Virus record (IMG/VR): IMGVR_UViG_3300008121_000011
Length of the DNA stretch: 64,000 nucleotides
Direction: 5' to 3' (one strand)
From: a virus
The position numbers and the translations under genes are program-made. Shown piece by piece: positions 8,507 through 15,402 of this stretch. The notes beneath the pieces were generated by a model, which saw only the letters and a program-made list of their open reading frames with translations, was not told the DNA's origin and did no database searches. How positions within the stretch are numbered: the stretch's first letter is position 1; the number at the start of each line of letters is the position of its first letter.

Positions 8507-8913
8507 GCATTTACTCCTTTAAAAGCTCCAATAACAAATTGAAAATTGCTAGGCACAAACGGATGTGCCATCGGTACAGGACGAAATAAGCCAACACGCT
8601 TACCGCCTAAATCTAACTCACAGCGCACATTATTAAATAACGCAAAATTAGCAGGTAAACATTTGGGATCTTGAATCCATATCTTGATCGGTGTTTCCTC
8701 CACACTAGCGCCGATCGTCTCAAGTAATTGCGGATTGCTTTCACGTACAGCCCAGCCTTGCACCGCTCTCGTATCGCTATCAATCACAGGATTACCTAGC
8801 GCGTTAACCGTGCCTGTATTTACGCTATTGCGTACCCAAAACGTGCAGTTAAGCTTGTAACTGCCATCGGGGTTTTTGGGCGCAAATGGGGGTATGAGGT
8901 TAGGGAGTGGCAT
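8503..8913 (-). CDS. Hypothetical virion/connector-region protein (136 aa)
   Basis: Lies in the chain of coupled genes between the gp10-like protein and the tail tube. No diagnostic motif. Confidence 0.45.
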   Translation of the reverse strand: MPLPNLIPPFAPKNPDGSYKLNCTFWVRNSVNTGTVNALGNPVIDSDTRAVQGWAVRESNPQLLETIGASVEETPIKIWIQDPKCLPANFALFNNVRCELDLGGKRVGLFRPVPMAHPFVPSNFQFVIGAFKGVNA

Positions 8914-9094
8914 GATGTCTCTCTTTCTTAAATCTTGGAGGCTCGTAGCTTTCGCATAAATTCCGATACCGTTCAGCAGGTGTTGTTAAGTGCGCTAATT
9001 CTGGGAAAGTTGAGGGATGATGACTAATAAATTTAGACTGAGTATATCGCAAATGGTTATAAAACTCTAGCTGATCAGGGGTCATTTGTCCCAT
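8900..9094 (-). CDS. Hypothetical protein (64 aa)
   Basis: Coupled ORF. No motif recognised. Confidence 0.35.
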   Translation of the reverse strand: MGQMTPDQLEFYNHLRYTQSKFISHHPSTFPELAHLTTPAERYRNLCESYEPPRFKKERHHATP

Positions 9095-9095
9095 G

Positions 9096-9512
9096 TTACT
9101 TACCCTTCAAATGCTTGCTTAATTCAATTTTAGCGCGTTCTTTCGTCTCTGGCGACACCCCTAAAAACCGCCGCGCCTCATTGGCATATGCAAAGTACCG
9201 TTTAGCCTCACCAGTGACGCTAATCCGATAACTTCTGCCATCGCTTGATATTACTGTTATTCCTTTACGCATCGCATCAGTGCGCCGCAAAATCGTAAGG
9301 AACGCGCCAATTAAGCGCTTGTGTGCAATGTACTTAGCGCTGAGTGTTTTCCACGCCGCACCCGTATCAGGATCGCCACCCTCACGAATAATATTATCTT
9401 GCAGTGCAATCACATGATCCGCGCTGACAGTCTTTATCACAGGCTCTATGTTTTGCAGCTTGGATAAGAGCTTAGCGGCGATCGGCGTGTTGGGCAGGGT
9501 GAATTTAAGCAT
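9096..9512 (-). CDS. Putative head-tail joining / tail-completion protein (HK97 gp10-like or virion morphogenesis family)
   Basis: 138 aa. Its size, position and the pattern '...LTILRRTDAMRKGITV...RYFAYANEARRFLG' resemble that family. Judged by eye only. Confidence 0.35.
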   Translation of the reverse strand: MLKFTLPNTPIAAKLLSKLQNIEPVIKTVSADHVIALQDNIIREGGDPDTGAAWKTLSAKYIAHKRLIGAFLTILRRTDAMRKGITVISSDGRSYRISVTGEAKRYFAYANEARRFLGVSPETKERAKIELSKHLKGK

Positions 9513-9521
9513 GATGGCAAC

Positions 9522-9555
9522 AAAAAAGCGCTTACGGGTATTGTAAGCGCTTTTT
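9522..9555. terminator. Bidirectional rho-independent terminator
   Basis: A6-GCGCTTAC-(loop GGGTATT)-GTAAGCGC-T5. Confidence 0.6.
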
Positions 9556-9563
9556 AGCTTTGC

Positions 9564-9854
9564 CTATTTAGCTTTACGAGCCGTTGTCATTTCGCCACCT
9601 GCGATAAGTGGCTGTGCATTCTGCACCTCATCAAAATAGCTGATGCAGTCGCCGTCTTCAAAGTCTACGGTCACAGTCACAATCTCTGTGAAGTAGAACT
9701 CAAAGCCATCTGCTTGGCTGCCTGAGTACTCAAAATTTTTGACATTGGGAGATAGGCTTTTAGCCAGTGCGATCGCCGCTTTCTTGTCAGCTAGATCGGG
9801 GTGTGTTTCGCTGTCCCATGCGTGGTTAAAGTAGCAGTTAATTTGTGTGAGCAT
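9564..9854 (-). CDS. Hypothetical protein (96 aa)
   Basis: ATG ORF preceded by the repeated hairpin element. No motif recognised. Confidence 0.45.
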   Translation of the reverse strand: MLTQINCYFNHAWDSETHPDLADKKAAIALAKSLSPNVKNFEYSGSQADGFEFYFTEIVTVTVDFEDGDCISYFDEVQNAQPLIAGGEMTTARKAK

Positions 9855-9875
9855 TGTTGTTACCTTGTTGGTTAG

Positions 9876-9906
9876 TTGAGAGAGGGGCGGTTAAGCCCCT
9901 GATGTG
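9876..9906 (-). repeat. Repeated 31-bp intergenic hairpin element, copy 1
   Basis: TTGAGAGAGGGGCGGTTAAGCCCCTGATGTG is identical to 10779-10809. It has a GGGGC/GCCCC stem with a 6-nt loop and no U-tract. Confidence 0.6.
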
Positions 9907-9917
9907 CGCGAGTGTGG

Positions 9918-10169
9918 TTAGGCTTTGTCGTATCTATTAACAAACTGAATTGCTTGCGATATATTGTTATGCCATCTTTCAACAAAATAATCTCTCTGCA
10001 CGTCTGAATGCTGATCAGCGTCTTTGGTATAAAAAGAATTAGCCGATCCATCTCTGCTTATTGCACAACCTACAATTTGATTCCCTTTCTTGGCTTGGAG
10101 AGTGTGAGCGCTTGTTGTAACTTCAAACCCGTTAGTTGTTAGTTTTTTGATCGCGTTAGCTAATTTCAT
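9918..10169 (-). CDS. Hypothetical protein (83 aa)
   Basis: First gene behind promoter cassette copy 1, with the RBS AAAGGAGTAAACGACC-ATG. Confidence 0.5.
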   Translation of the reverse strand: MKLANAIKKLTTNGFEVTTSAHTLQAKKGNQIVGCAISRDGSANSFYTKDADQHSDVQRDYFVERWHNNISQAIQFVNRYDKA

Positions 10170-10203
10170 GGTCGTTTACTCCTTTGTTTTGTCTATACGA
10201 GTA

Positions 10204-10233
10204 ATAGTATCAGCACTAGACAAAAGGTGTCAA
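10204..10233 (-). promoter_or_regulatory. Sigma70-like promoter, cassette copy 1
   Basis: The minus strand reads TTGACA (10233-10228), an 18-nt spacer, then TACTAT (10209-10204). About 63 bp (10170-10233) is near-identical to 11116-11178. The inverted half-sites TTGTCTA/TAGACAA bracket the -10 box. Confidence 0.55.
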
Positions 10234-10261
10234 GATATTTGTAATATTTGTTTACAATTAG

Positions 10262-10534
10262 CTACTTATCCTTAGTTTTTGGCTTGTACTTATGCACTTC
10301 CTTATACTTCTCAGGATGTGCCAACTTGTATCGCAAATCATACTCAGTCTGACTCATAGGCTCATCGCCTATTGTTTGACCGCCACGTTTGCGATCGCTG
10401 TCAGTCATGGTGACTATTTTCCCTTCAGGAGTGAGACAGCCACGCCTACAGCGATATTGTTTCGCACCTGATGATTTAGCGCCGTTGTAGGTCATCGGTT
10501 TGTGACAGTACGGGCAGTCAGGACGGTTACTCAT
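10262..10534 (-). CDS. Zinc-ribbon protein (90 aa)
   Basis: CPYC-x19-CRRGC forms a four-Cys ribbon, followed by a basic C-terminal tail. Confidence 0.5.
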   Translation of the reverse strand: MSNRPDCPYCHKPMTYNGAKSSGAKQYRCRRGCLTPEGKIVTMTDSDRKRGGQTIGDEPMSQTEYDLRYKLAHPEKYKEVHKYKPKTKDK

Positions 10535-10754
10535 AGCTTAGCAACCCCTTTAACTCGCTTACTGTTTCCAATGCGTACCAAATACCGTCTGACAGCCATG
10601 AGTATTCGTAACCCTCATCAGCCATGCGTACAGATAAAATGTCGTCTTCCCATGAGTTAAAAATGTACTCTTCGCCGATCTTGCCATCGATATTGTCAGG
10701 ATGTAATTCGGCATAGCGTTGTAGGAACGCTTGGATCATGAATAATTTTTGCAT
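10527..10754 (-). CDS. Hypothetical protein (75 aa)
   Basis: ATG ORF following hairpin copy 2. Confidence 0.45.
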   Translation of the reverse strand: MQKLFMIQAFLQRYAELHPDNIDGKIGEEYIFNSWEDDILSVRMADEGYEYSWLSDGIWYALETVSELKGLLSYE

Positions 10755-10778
10755 TGTCGTTACCTTTGTGAATGTTGA

Positions 10779-10809
10779 TTGAGAGAGGGGCGGTTAAGCC
10801 CCTGATGTG
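10779..10809 (-). repeat. Repeated 31-bp intergenic hairpin element, copy 2
   Basis: Identical to 9876-9906. Confidence 0.6.
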
Positions 10810-10815
10810 TAGTAA

Positions 10816-11115
10816 TTAAAAAGCGTTGTAAGCATCGTTATACGCTTTGTCCAATTCCGTAAAAATGGCTTTTGCTGCCAAAAACTCAGCTTTAGAAATC
10901 GCGTCTTTTTGGTAGTAGTCGTTTTGAGCTTTAGTCCAGATAGGGTAGTAATCATCCCAAGCCTTCTTGGCATTGTCATAAGCGATTTGCTCTTCAGACT
11001 TACCACAAACACTAGTCCACAAAGCCTCTAATTGTTCTGCGGTTTCGATCAAGATAGTATTAAATTCAGTAGTTTCTTCGTCTTCGCCGAATAGATCGAA
11101 TTGGATAACAGTCAT
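10816..11115 (-). CDS. Hypothetical acidic protein (99 aa)
   Basis: First gene behind promoter cassette copy 2, with the same RBS. Confidence 0.5.
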   Translation of the reverse strand: MTVIQFDLFGEDEETTEFNTILIETAEQLEALWTSVCGKSEEQIAYDNAKKAWDDYYPIWTKAQNDYYQKDAISKAEFLAAKAIFTELDKAYNDAYNAF

Positions 11116-11148
11116 GTCGTTTACTCCTTTGTTTTGTCTATACGAGTA

Positions 11149-11178
11149 ATAGTATCAGTACTAGACGAAAGGTGTCAA
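11149..11178 (-). promoter_or_regulatory. Sigma70-like promoter, cassette copy 2
   Basis: The minus strand reads TTGACA (11178-11173), an 18-nt spacer, then TACTAT (11154-11149). Confidence 0.55.
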
Positions 11179-11216
11179 TAGGGCAAGCAAACTATTTTTT
11201 AGATCGTAATATTCCG

Positions 11217-11729
11217 TTACAAATACCCTGCGTAATCAAACTCAAAAATAAGTGAATCCAATAGAGAAGATTGGTCGTCCTTGGGAGTGGGGGAAGGTAA
11301 CTGCTTGTATAGATTCAGTAACTTGCAAACCTTTGCAGCAGCATAACTAAGTCCTTCATCTAGCCCCTCTTGAGTAATAGCACTTAATCCTGCGACCGAT
11401 CTAAGCGCATTAATTTGAGCGAGGCTAAAGTTGTCTAGACTCGCATGATCTTTAAGCAATACCCAAGATTTGGCCCTAAAATCTACTTCCGAATTAAGCA
11501 TAGGAGCAAACGAATCTAAGGTGCGATTGCGATAAATTATGATCTCAATGCCCTGATACATGACTGGACTGCCATTAATGATCGCGGGAAAGGACATTCC
11601 CGACTCTTCAAGAGCGGGATCGGGTAGCATCAAGATAGAGGGTTGCACAATGTCGCCAAAATACCTGATGCCAATTAGATCGGGAATAGCAGCGAGTATG
11701 GCTGCTCTGATTTCAAGCGGTGTTTTCAC
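11217..11729 (-). CDS. Hypothetical protein (170 aa)
   Basis: Long ATG ORF. No motif recognised. Confidence 0.5.
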   Translation of the reverse strand: MKTPLEIRAAILAAIPDLIGIRYFGDIVQPSILMLPDPALEESGMSFPAIINGSPVMYQGIEIIIYRNRTLDSFAPMLNSEVDFRAKSWVLLKDHASLDNFSLAQINALRSVAGLSAITQEGLDEGLSYAAAKVCKLLNLYKQLPSPTPKDDQSSLLDSLIFEFDYAGYL

Positions 11730-12039
11730 GATGGCAACCGATAAAGCTTTGTGCTAATATTGTAAACGCGATCGCCACTGCACAGAGATGAGCATACTGG
11801 CGATCGCTTGAAATATTCAAAGCTATTAATATTGATTGATAGCAATTCCGAATCGTCTAGTTTTGTGTAGCGCCGCCCGAATCGGGTTGGCGGAGATCGC
11901 AAAGCCAGAATAACAAAGAGAATGTTTTAACGATAGCTTGGAAAACTATTAGCAATTGCGATCGGACTATCAATGAACGTCGGTTTCATACCGTGTGGTT
12001 ATTGAATAAATTCCCCTAGTTGATAGGCGATCGCTTTAA

Positions 12040-12138
12040 CCGAGAGTAGCGGGAAGGTACTCGCGCCTAATAGCCATAATTAGGTTTGTCAGATGGTGGC
12101 GATCGCTGATTTACTAGGTTCGATTCCTAGCTCTTGGA
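12040..12138 (+). ncRNA. tRNA-like element 1 (99 nt): full cloverleaf but non-canonical anticodon loop and a 29-nt variable region
   Basis: The acceptor is CCGAGAG/CTCTTGG, with G3.U70 and an A73 discriminator. The D arm is GCG(G)-GAAGGTAC-(T)CGC. The anticodon stem CCTAA/TTAGG encloses the loop TAGCCATAA. The variable hairpin GTCAG...CTGAT contains a HIP1 site. The T arm CTAGG-TTCGATT-CCTAG is perfect. Confidence 0.5.
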
Positions 12139-12159
12139 TTTTATGATAAACTTTAATTT

Positions 12160-12235
12160 CTGAGAGTGAGTCAGGTCTACCATCTGAAACGTGAAGCCCG
12201 TCAGGTGTTAAGTGGTTCGATTCCACGCTCTCGGC
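12160..12235 (+). ncRNA. tRNA-like element 2 (76 nt): acceptor and T arm only, internal arms non-canonical
   Basis: The acceptor is CTGAGAG/CTCTCGG and the T arm is AGTGG-TTCGATT-CCACG, followed by a T-run. I could not draw standard D or anticodon arms. Confidence 0.4.
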
Positions 12236-12340
12236 TTTTATGTTAAATTAAATATGCGATCGCGCATAGAGCAGAAAGTGCGTAGTAAATTTTTATAATT
12301 TCCTTCTGGTCGCCAAATAATTAATGGATGTTGCATAGGG

Positions 12341-12949
12341 TTAATTAAACACAGTTTCAGCTACACAATGCGCGATCGCCTTCTGCGTTTTGGCTAACTC
12401 CTTTTTAAGCTTATCCACTTTCTTAGTTTCAATCTTTGACCACTTAAGCTCATCAACTATCTCATTAATCCTAGATGCTCGTAATTCGCCAAGTGTGGCG
12501 ATGAGAGAGGCTTTGTCATGCAACATGGGATTATGTCCCCATTTAATCACCACGCTACTATATGGTGATGATTGCGGCATCAAGCTAATCGTAATCACAA
12601 TGGTATCCGCAAAAACAGGATCGGGCGCTTTACATTGAGAGTAAACAAAGTGGAATAAATCCTGATTGCCATCATCAAATTTCTGTCCAAAGTACTGAGG
12701 TAAGCTATCAATTAAGCCATCTCGCACAGGCTTAAAAGCGATCGCCAAGCCGTCATCATCCATCGGTCTATTAGCAGCAGCAAAGCGATGAAAGTGTATG
12801 CGTAATTGTGATTTGGTATCCCAATCAAAAGCAGACTCAATCGCGCCGCCTTGCTTCAGTGATTGCTTTTCTTTGAGGTGTAGTATCCAGTTGCCACGCC
12901 CGTTACTTGTGTTTTTGGGCGGTTCGTCTATGATGTATTGCAGAATCAT
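12341..12949 (-). CDS. Hypothetical protein, possible RusA-like resolvase domain at the N-terminus (202 aa)
   Basis: The pattern 'PPKNTSNGRGNW...RPMDDDGLAIAFKPVRDGLID...FDDGNQ' loosely resembles the RusA D-x-D-N/K...D...DD motif arrangement. Weak. Confidence 0.3.
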   Translation of the reverse strand: MILQYIIDEPPKNTSNGRGNWILHLKEKQSLKQGGAIESAFDWDTKSQLRIHFHRFAAANRPMDDDGLAIAFKPVRDGLIDSLPQYFGQKFDDGNQDLFHFVYSQCKAPDPVFADTIVITISLMPQSSPYSSVVIKWGHNPMLHDKASLIATLGELRASRINEIVDELKWSKIETKKVDKLKKELAKTQKAIAHCVAETVFN

Positions 12950-12956
12950 TTATTTA

Positions 12957-13211
12957 TCAGTACAAAGGAACAAAAACAAACGCCGTAAAAATAAACCCAT
13001 TGCAATTTATTTCAATAAGTTCAACACTAAAAACAGTCTCCACAACATCAAACCCTAAACCAAGCCTTATAGTATGGCGATCATATGGTTTTTGGATGTG
13101 GGGGAATTGATTGGTTATCTCTTCAAAAGTGTTATAAATTTTCTGAAGATATGGATTTTCTTCGTATACTTGCTGGTGATACGGATTTGCGTTTTTAGTT
13201 GCTTTAAACAT
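12957..13211 (-). CDS. Hypothetical protein (84 aa)
   Basis: ATG ORF adjacent to its neighbours. Confidence 0.4.
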   Translation of the reverse strand: MFKATKNANPYHQQVYEENPYLQKIYNTFEEITNQFPHIQKPYDRHTIRLGLGFDVVETVFSVELIEINCNGFIFTAFVFVPLY

Positions 13212-13490
13212 TTAACCCTCAAAATTAACGATCGCTGACTCAATCAAATAATCAATTCCTAACTGATGTAGCGGATCGCTCGGATCGCAATAAAAGTGCC
13301 ATGTAATCACGGCTTTATCAGCAGGGTATCTCAACCAAACACGCGCTAAGTTTTTGCCATGCCTAGCAATAAATCCGTCATTGCTTTCAGTAAATTTACG
13401 GCACTTGTAACCCAATTCAATCAGCTTATTTCGGATTGCTTGCAGAATCGGCTGTGCTTCTTCCTTCTCGATCTCGTGTGTTGGGTTCAT
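13212..13490 (-). CDS. Hypothetical protein (92 aa from the ATG at 13490)
   Basis: The internal ATG at 13490 lies just after the upstream stop (13493-13495). The longer track version overlaps the upstream gene. Confidence 0.45.
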   Translation of the reverse strand: MNPTHEIEKEEAQPILQAIRNKLIELGYKCRKFTESNDGFIARHGKNLARVWLRYPADKAVITWHFYCDPSDPLHQLGIDYLIESAIVNFEG

Positions 13491-13492
13491 TA

Positions 13493-13699
13493 TTAAATAC
13501 TGATATTGATTTTCACTTTTGAGAAATTGTCGCAAGTTGATTTAAAGTCTGCAAAAGCTTTTTGAGCTTGACTTAAATCAATCATTGTGTCATTTATCCT
13601 TTGGATAGCAGCCTGTAATTCCTTATACTTCTCAGGATGTGTCAACAAAGTTGGTATGGCTCTACGGAATACGCGGCGATCGCGTGATGATTTCTTCAT
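13493..13699 (-). CDS. Hypothetical protein (68 aa)
   Basis: Shares an identical 23-nt stretch, encoding HPEKYKE, with ORF 10262-10534. Confidence 0.4.
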   Translation of the reverse strand: MKKSSRDRRVFRRAIPTLLTHPEKYKELQAAIQRINDTMIDLSQAQKAFADFKSTCDNFSKVKINISI

Positions 13700-13788
13700 G
13701 ATATAAACTCTGGATAAAGAGGATCAATATTGACAAAGCGATCTGATGAGTGAGGGATGAAAAGTAGCGGCTTCTTATGCCACCCCCT

Positions 13789-14712
13789 CTAGGAAGGGGA
13801 CTGGGCTACTTGGCGGGTATATTTGCTTACTCGTTTCCTTAAATGCATACGGCGCATTGATTTAGACTCAAGATCGTAGATATTAGTTTTAGCCTGATAG
13901 AGAGTGCGATCGCCATCAAACTTCATGTAATGCTTCTCACCTAAATTATGGGTTAACCAAAATTCAGGGGTGTTAATAGCATCATTGCAAGGTTCACACA
14001 CCTGATAACGCTTAATACCTTTGAGATGCTTACGCACGGTTTGAGGGGTACGACTGACTAAATCAGCTACTAAATCTTGAGAAACACCGTATGGCACAAA
14101 TAAGCGATGAACGAGTAGAAATCTGCCTTTAATTTTTAAACCCTTGACACCCGAAAGCATAATTGTAGATGCGTGCTTAAAAATATTCTGGGATTTCTTG
14201 ACGTGCTTTGCTAATTTCTTGCCTTTATATTTTTTATTATTCTCCTTGGTTTCTCGTTTTGCAGCATAAAATGACGCTTCCTGCTTTTGCGCTGTAGTTG
14301 CAATTACTACCTGCGATCGCACTTGGTTAGGCATATCTACAGAGTCCATCTCAAAGATCGCGCCCAAATTGCTGATATTTAGCTTTGAGCAGACTTTCTT
14401 GAGTGAAGTATAGATAAGCCTAGCGCGATCGCCTTTAATCTCCAGTAGCCAAAAAAGCCCCAGATTATACGCTAATCTAAGGGCTTTTTTAATTGTGGCA
14501 ATACTGCGATTAAATGTACGGGCAAGCATTGGTAAATCCAAGCCAACCTTACCAGCGCCTTTCCCTGCTTCACCTGATTGGTATTTGGGAGTATGAGTTT
14601 GCTTATCATGGGAACGCACAAAAAGATATAGCATTTTCACCAAATGAGGAATTTTCCAACATTGAGCAAAACTGCTATAAATTTCGACGATTCTGTGATA
14701 AACTTGTGTCAT
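13789..14712 (-). CDS. Putative DNA-binding protein (307 aa, HTH-like segments)
   Basis: The HTH-like segments are 'LPMLARTFNRSIATIKKALRLA' and 'DLVSRTPQTVRKHLKGI'. No family assignment. Confidence 0.45.
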   Translation of the reverse strand: MTQVYHRIVEIYSSFAQCWKIPHLVKMLYLFVRSHDKQTHTPKYQSGEAGKGAGKVGLDLPMLARTFNRSIATIKKALRLAYNLGLFWLLEIKGDRARLIYTSLKKVCSKLNISNLGAIFEMDSVDMPNQVRSQVVIATTAQKQEASFYAAKRETKENNKKYKGKKLAKHVKKSQNIFKHASTIMLSGVKGLKIKGRFLLVHRLFVPYGVSQDLVADLVSRTPQTVRKHLKGIKRYQVCEPCNDAINTPEFWLTHNLGEKHYMKFDGDRTLYQAKTNIYDLESKSMRRMHLRKRVSKYTRQVAQSPS

Positions 14713-14812
14713 TCGACTGCGTCTACAGTTGGATCTCCACGCACCCTTTCGAGTAACGTTAATTTTGAAGGTCAGAGATCAAAATTAACCAGTGGTGAAG
14801 CTATATTAACAT

Positions 14813-14844
14813 AAAAAAGCCCGATCAAATGATCGGGCTTTTTT
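14813..14844. terminator. Bidirectional rho-independent terminator
   Basis: A6-GCCCGATC-(loop AAAT)-GATCGGGC-T6. Confidence 0.65.
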
Positions 14845-14948
14845 ATTAAGCAGCTACCAGCCCAGCTTTTTTGAAGACCCTAATTTTGTGCGCCGATACC
14901 CTACTTTGTAAACAAATATTAAGAGTTTAAATATTTTTGGTTTTGCTA

Positions 14949-14978
14949 TTGACAAAACCTATAGACTCGATCAATAAT
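14949..14978 (+). promoter_or_regulatory. Sigma70-like promoter (copy A of a ~60-bp repeat)
   Basis: TTGACA, an 18-nt spacer, then AATAAT. The block 14938-14998 is near-identical to the reverse complement of 42868-42928. It contains the inverted repeat ACTCGAT...ATCGAGT. Confidence 0.55.
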
Positions 14979-15001
14979 AGGTTATCGAGTTAAACAAAGC
15001 C

Positions 15002-15397
15002 ATGAACGCCATGAACGCCAACCAAATCGCACAAATCGCAACCGCTTTAAACGTCTCTCCCAACCAAATCAAGAGAGCTGAGGAATGGGACAATGTCCTT
15101 TTTGTCGTAATCCACGGGAAGGGCGCTCGTTTTGTATCTAAGAAGAAGGTAATTAAAATGGATGTTTTGGCTCAAGTTGAATCAAATAATTTCGCGAGTT
15201 CCTACTCCGAGGTTTATGAGTGGCTCCTTTCTAATGCCAATCCTATCGGATGGACTTCTTCTTTTGTCGTAGCAATTGATGGCAGAAAATTTACTGTTAA
15301 AAACCTTGATGGGCGATGGTTTTCAACTGAATCAAAACCTAAAACGTCTTCTGACTTTAAGGGAATGATGAAAACAGGCGAAGAATCGGTTTTGTAA
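15002..15397 (+). CDS. Hypothetical protein (131 aa)
   Basis: First gene behind promoter A. Confidence 0.5.
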   Translation: MNAMNANQIAQIATALNVSPNQIKRAEEWDNVLFVVIHGKGARFVSKKKVIKMDVLAQVESNNFASSYSEVYEWLLSNANPIGWTSSFVVAIDGRKFTVKNLDGRWFSTESKPKTSSDFKGMMKTGEESVL

Positions 15398-15402
15398 AAA
15401 CA

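Noticed and set aside
10794-11012. 72-aa minus-strand ORF overlapping 10816-11115
   Set aside because: It is an alternative frame of a better-supported gene that has the conserved promoter and RBS cassette.
12040-12235. Calling these two ordinary tRNA genes, or an attP tRNA fragment
   Set aside because: The T arms and acceptors are convincing. However, element 1 has a 9-nt or U33-less anticodon loop and a 29-nt variable region, and element 2 cannot form D or anticodon arms by hand folding. An attP origin is unlikely because complete 5' acceptor strands are present and no integrase is in the window. They are kept as tRNA-like ncRNAs pending tRNAscan or Infernal.
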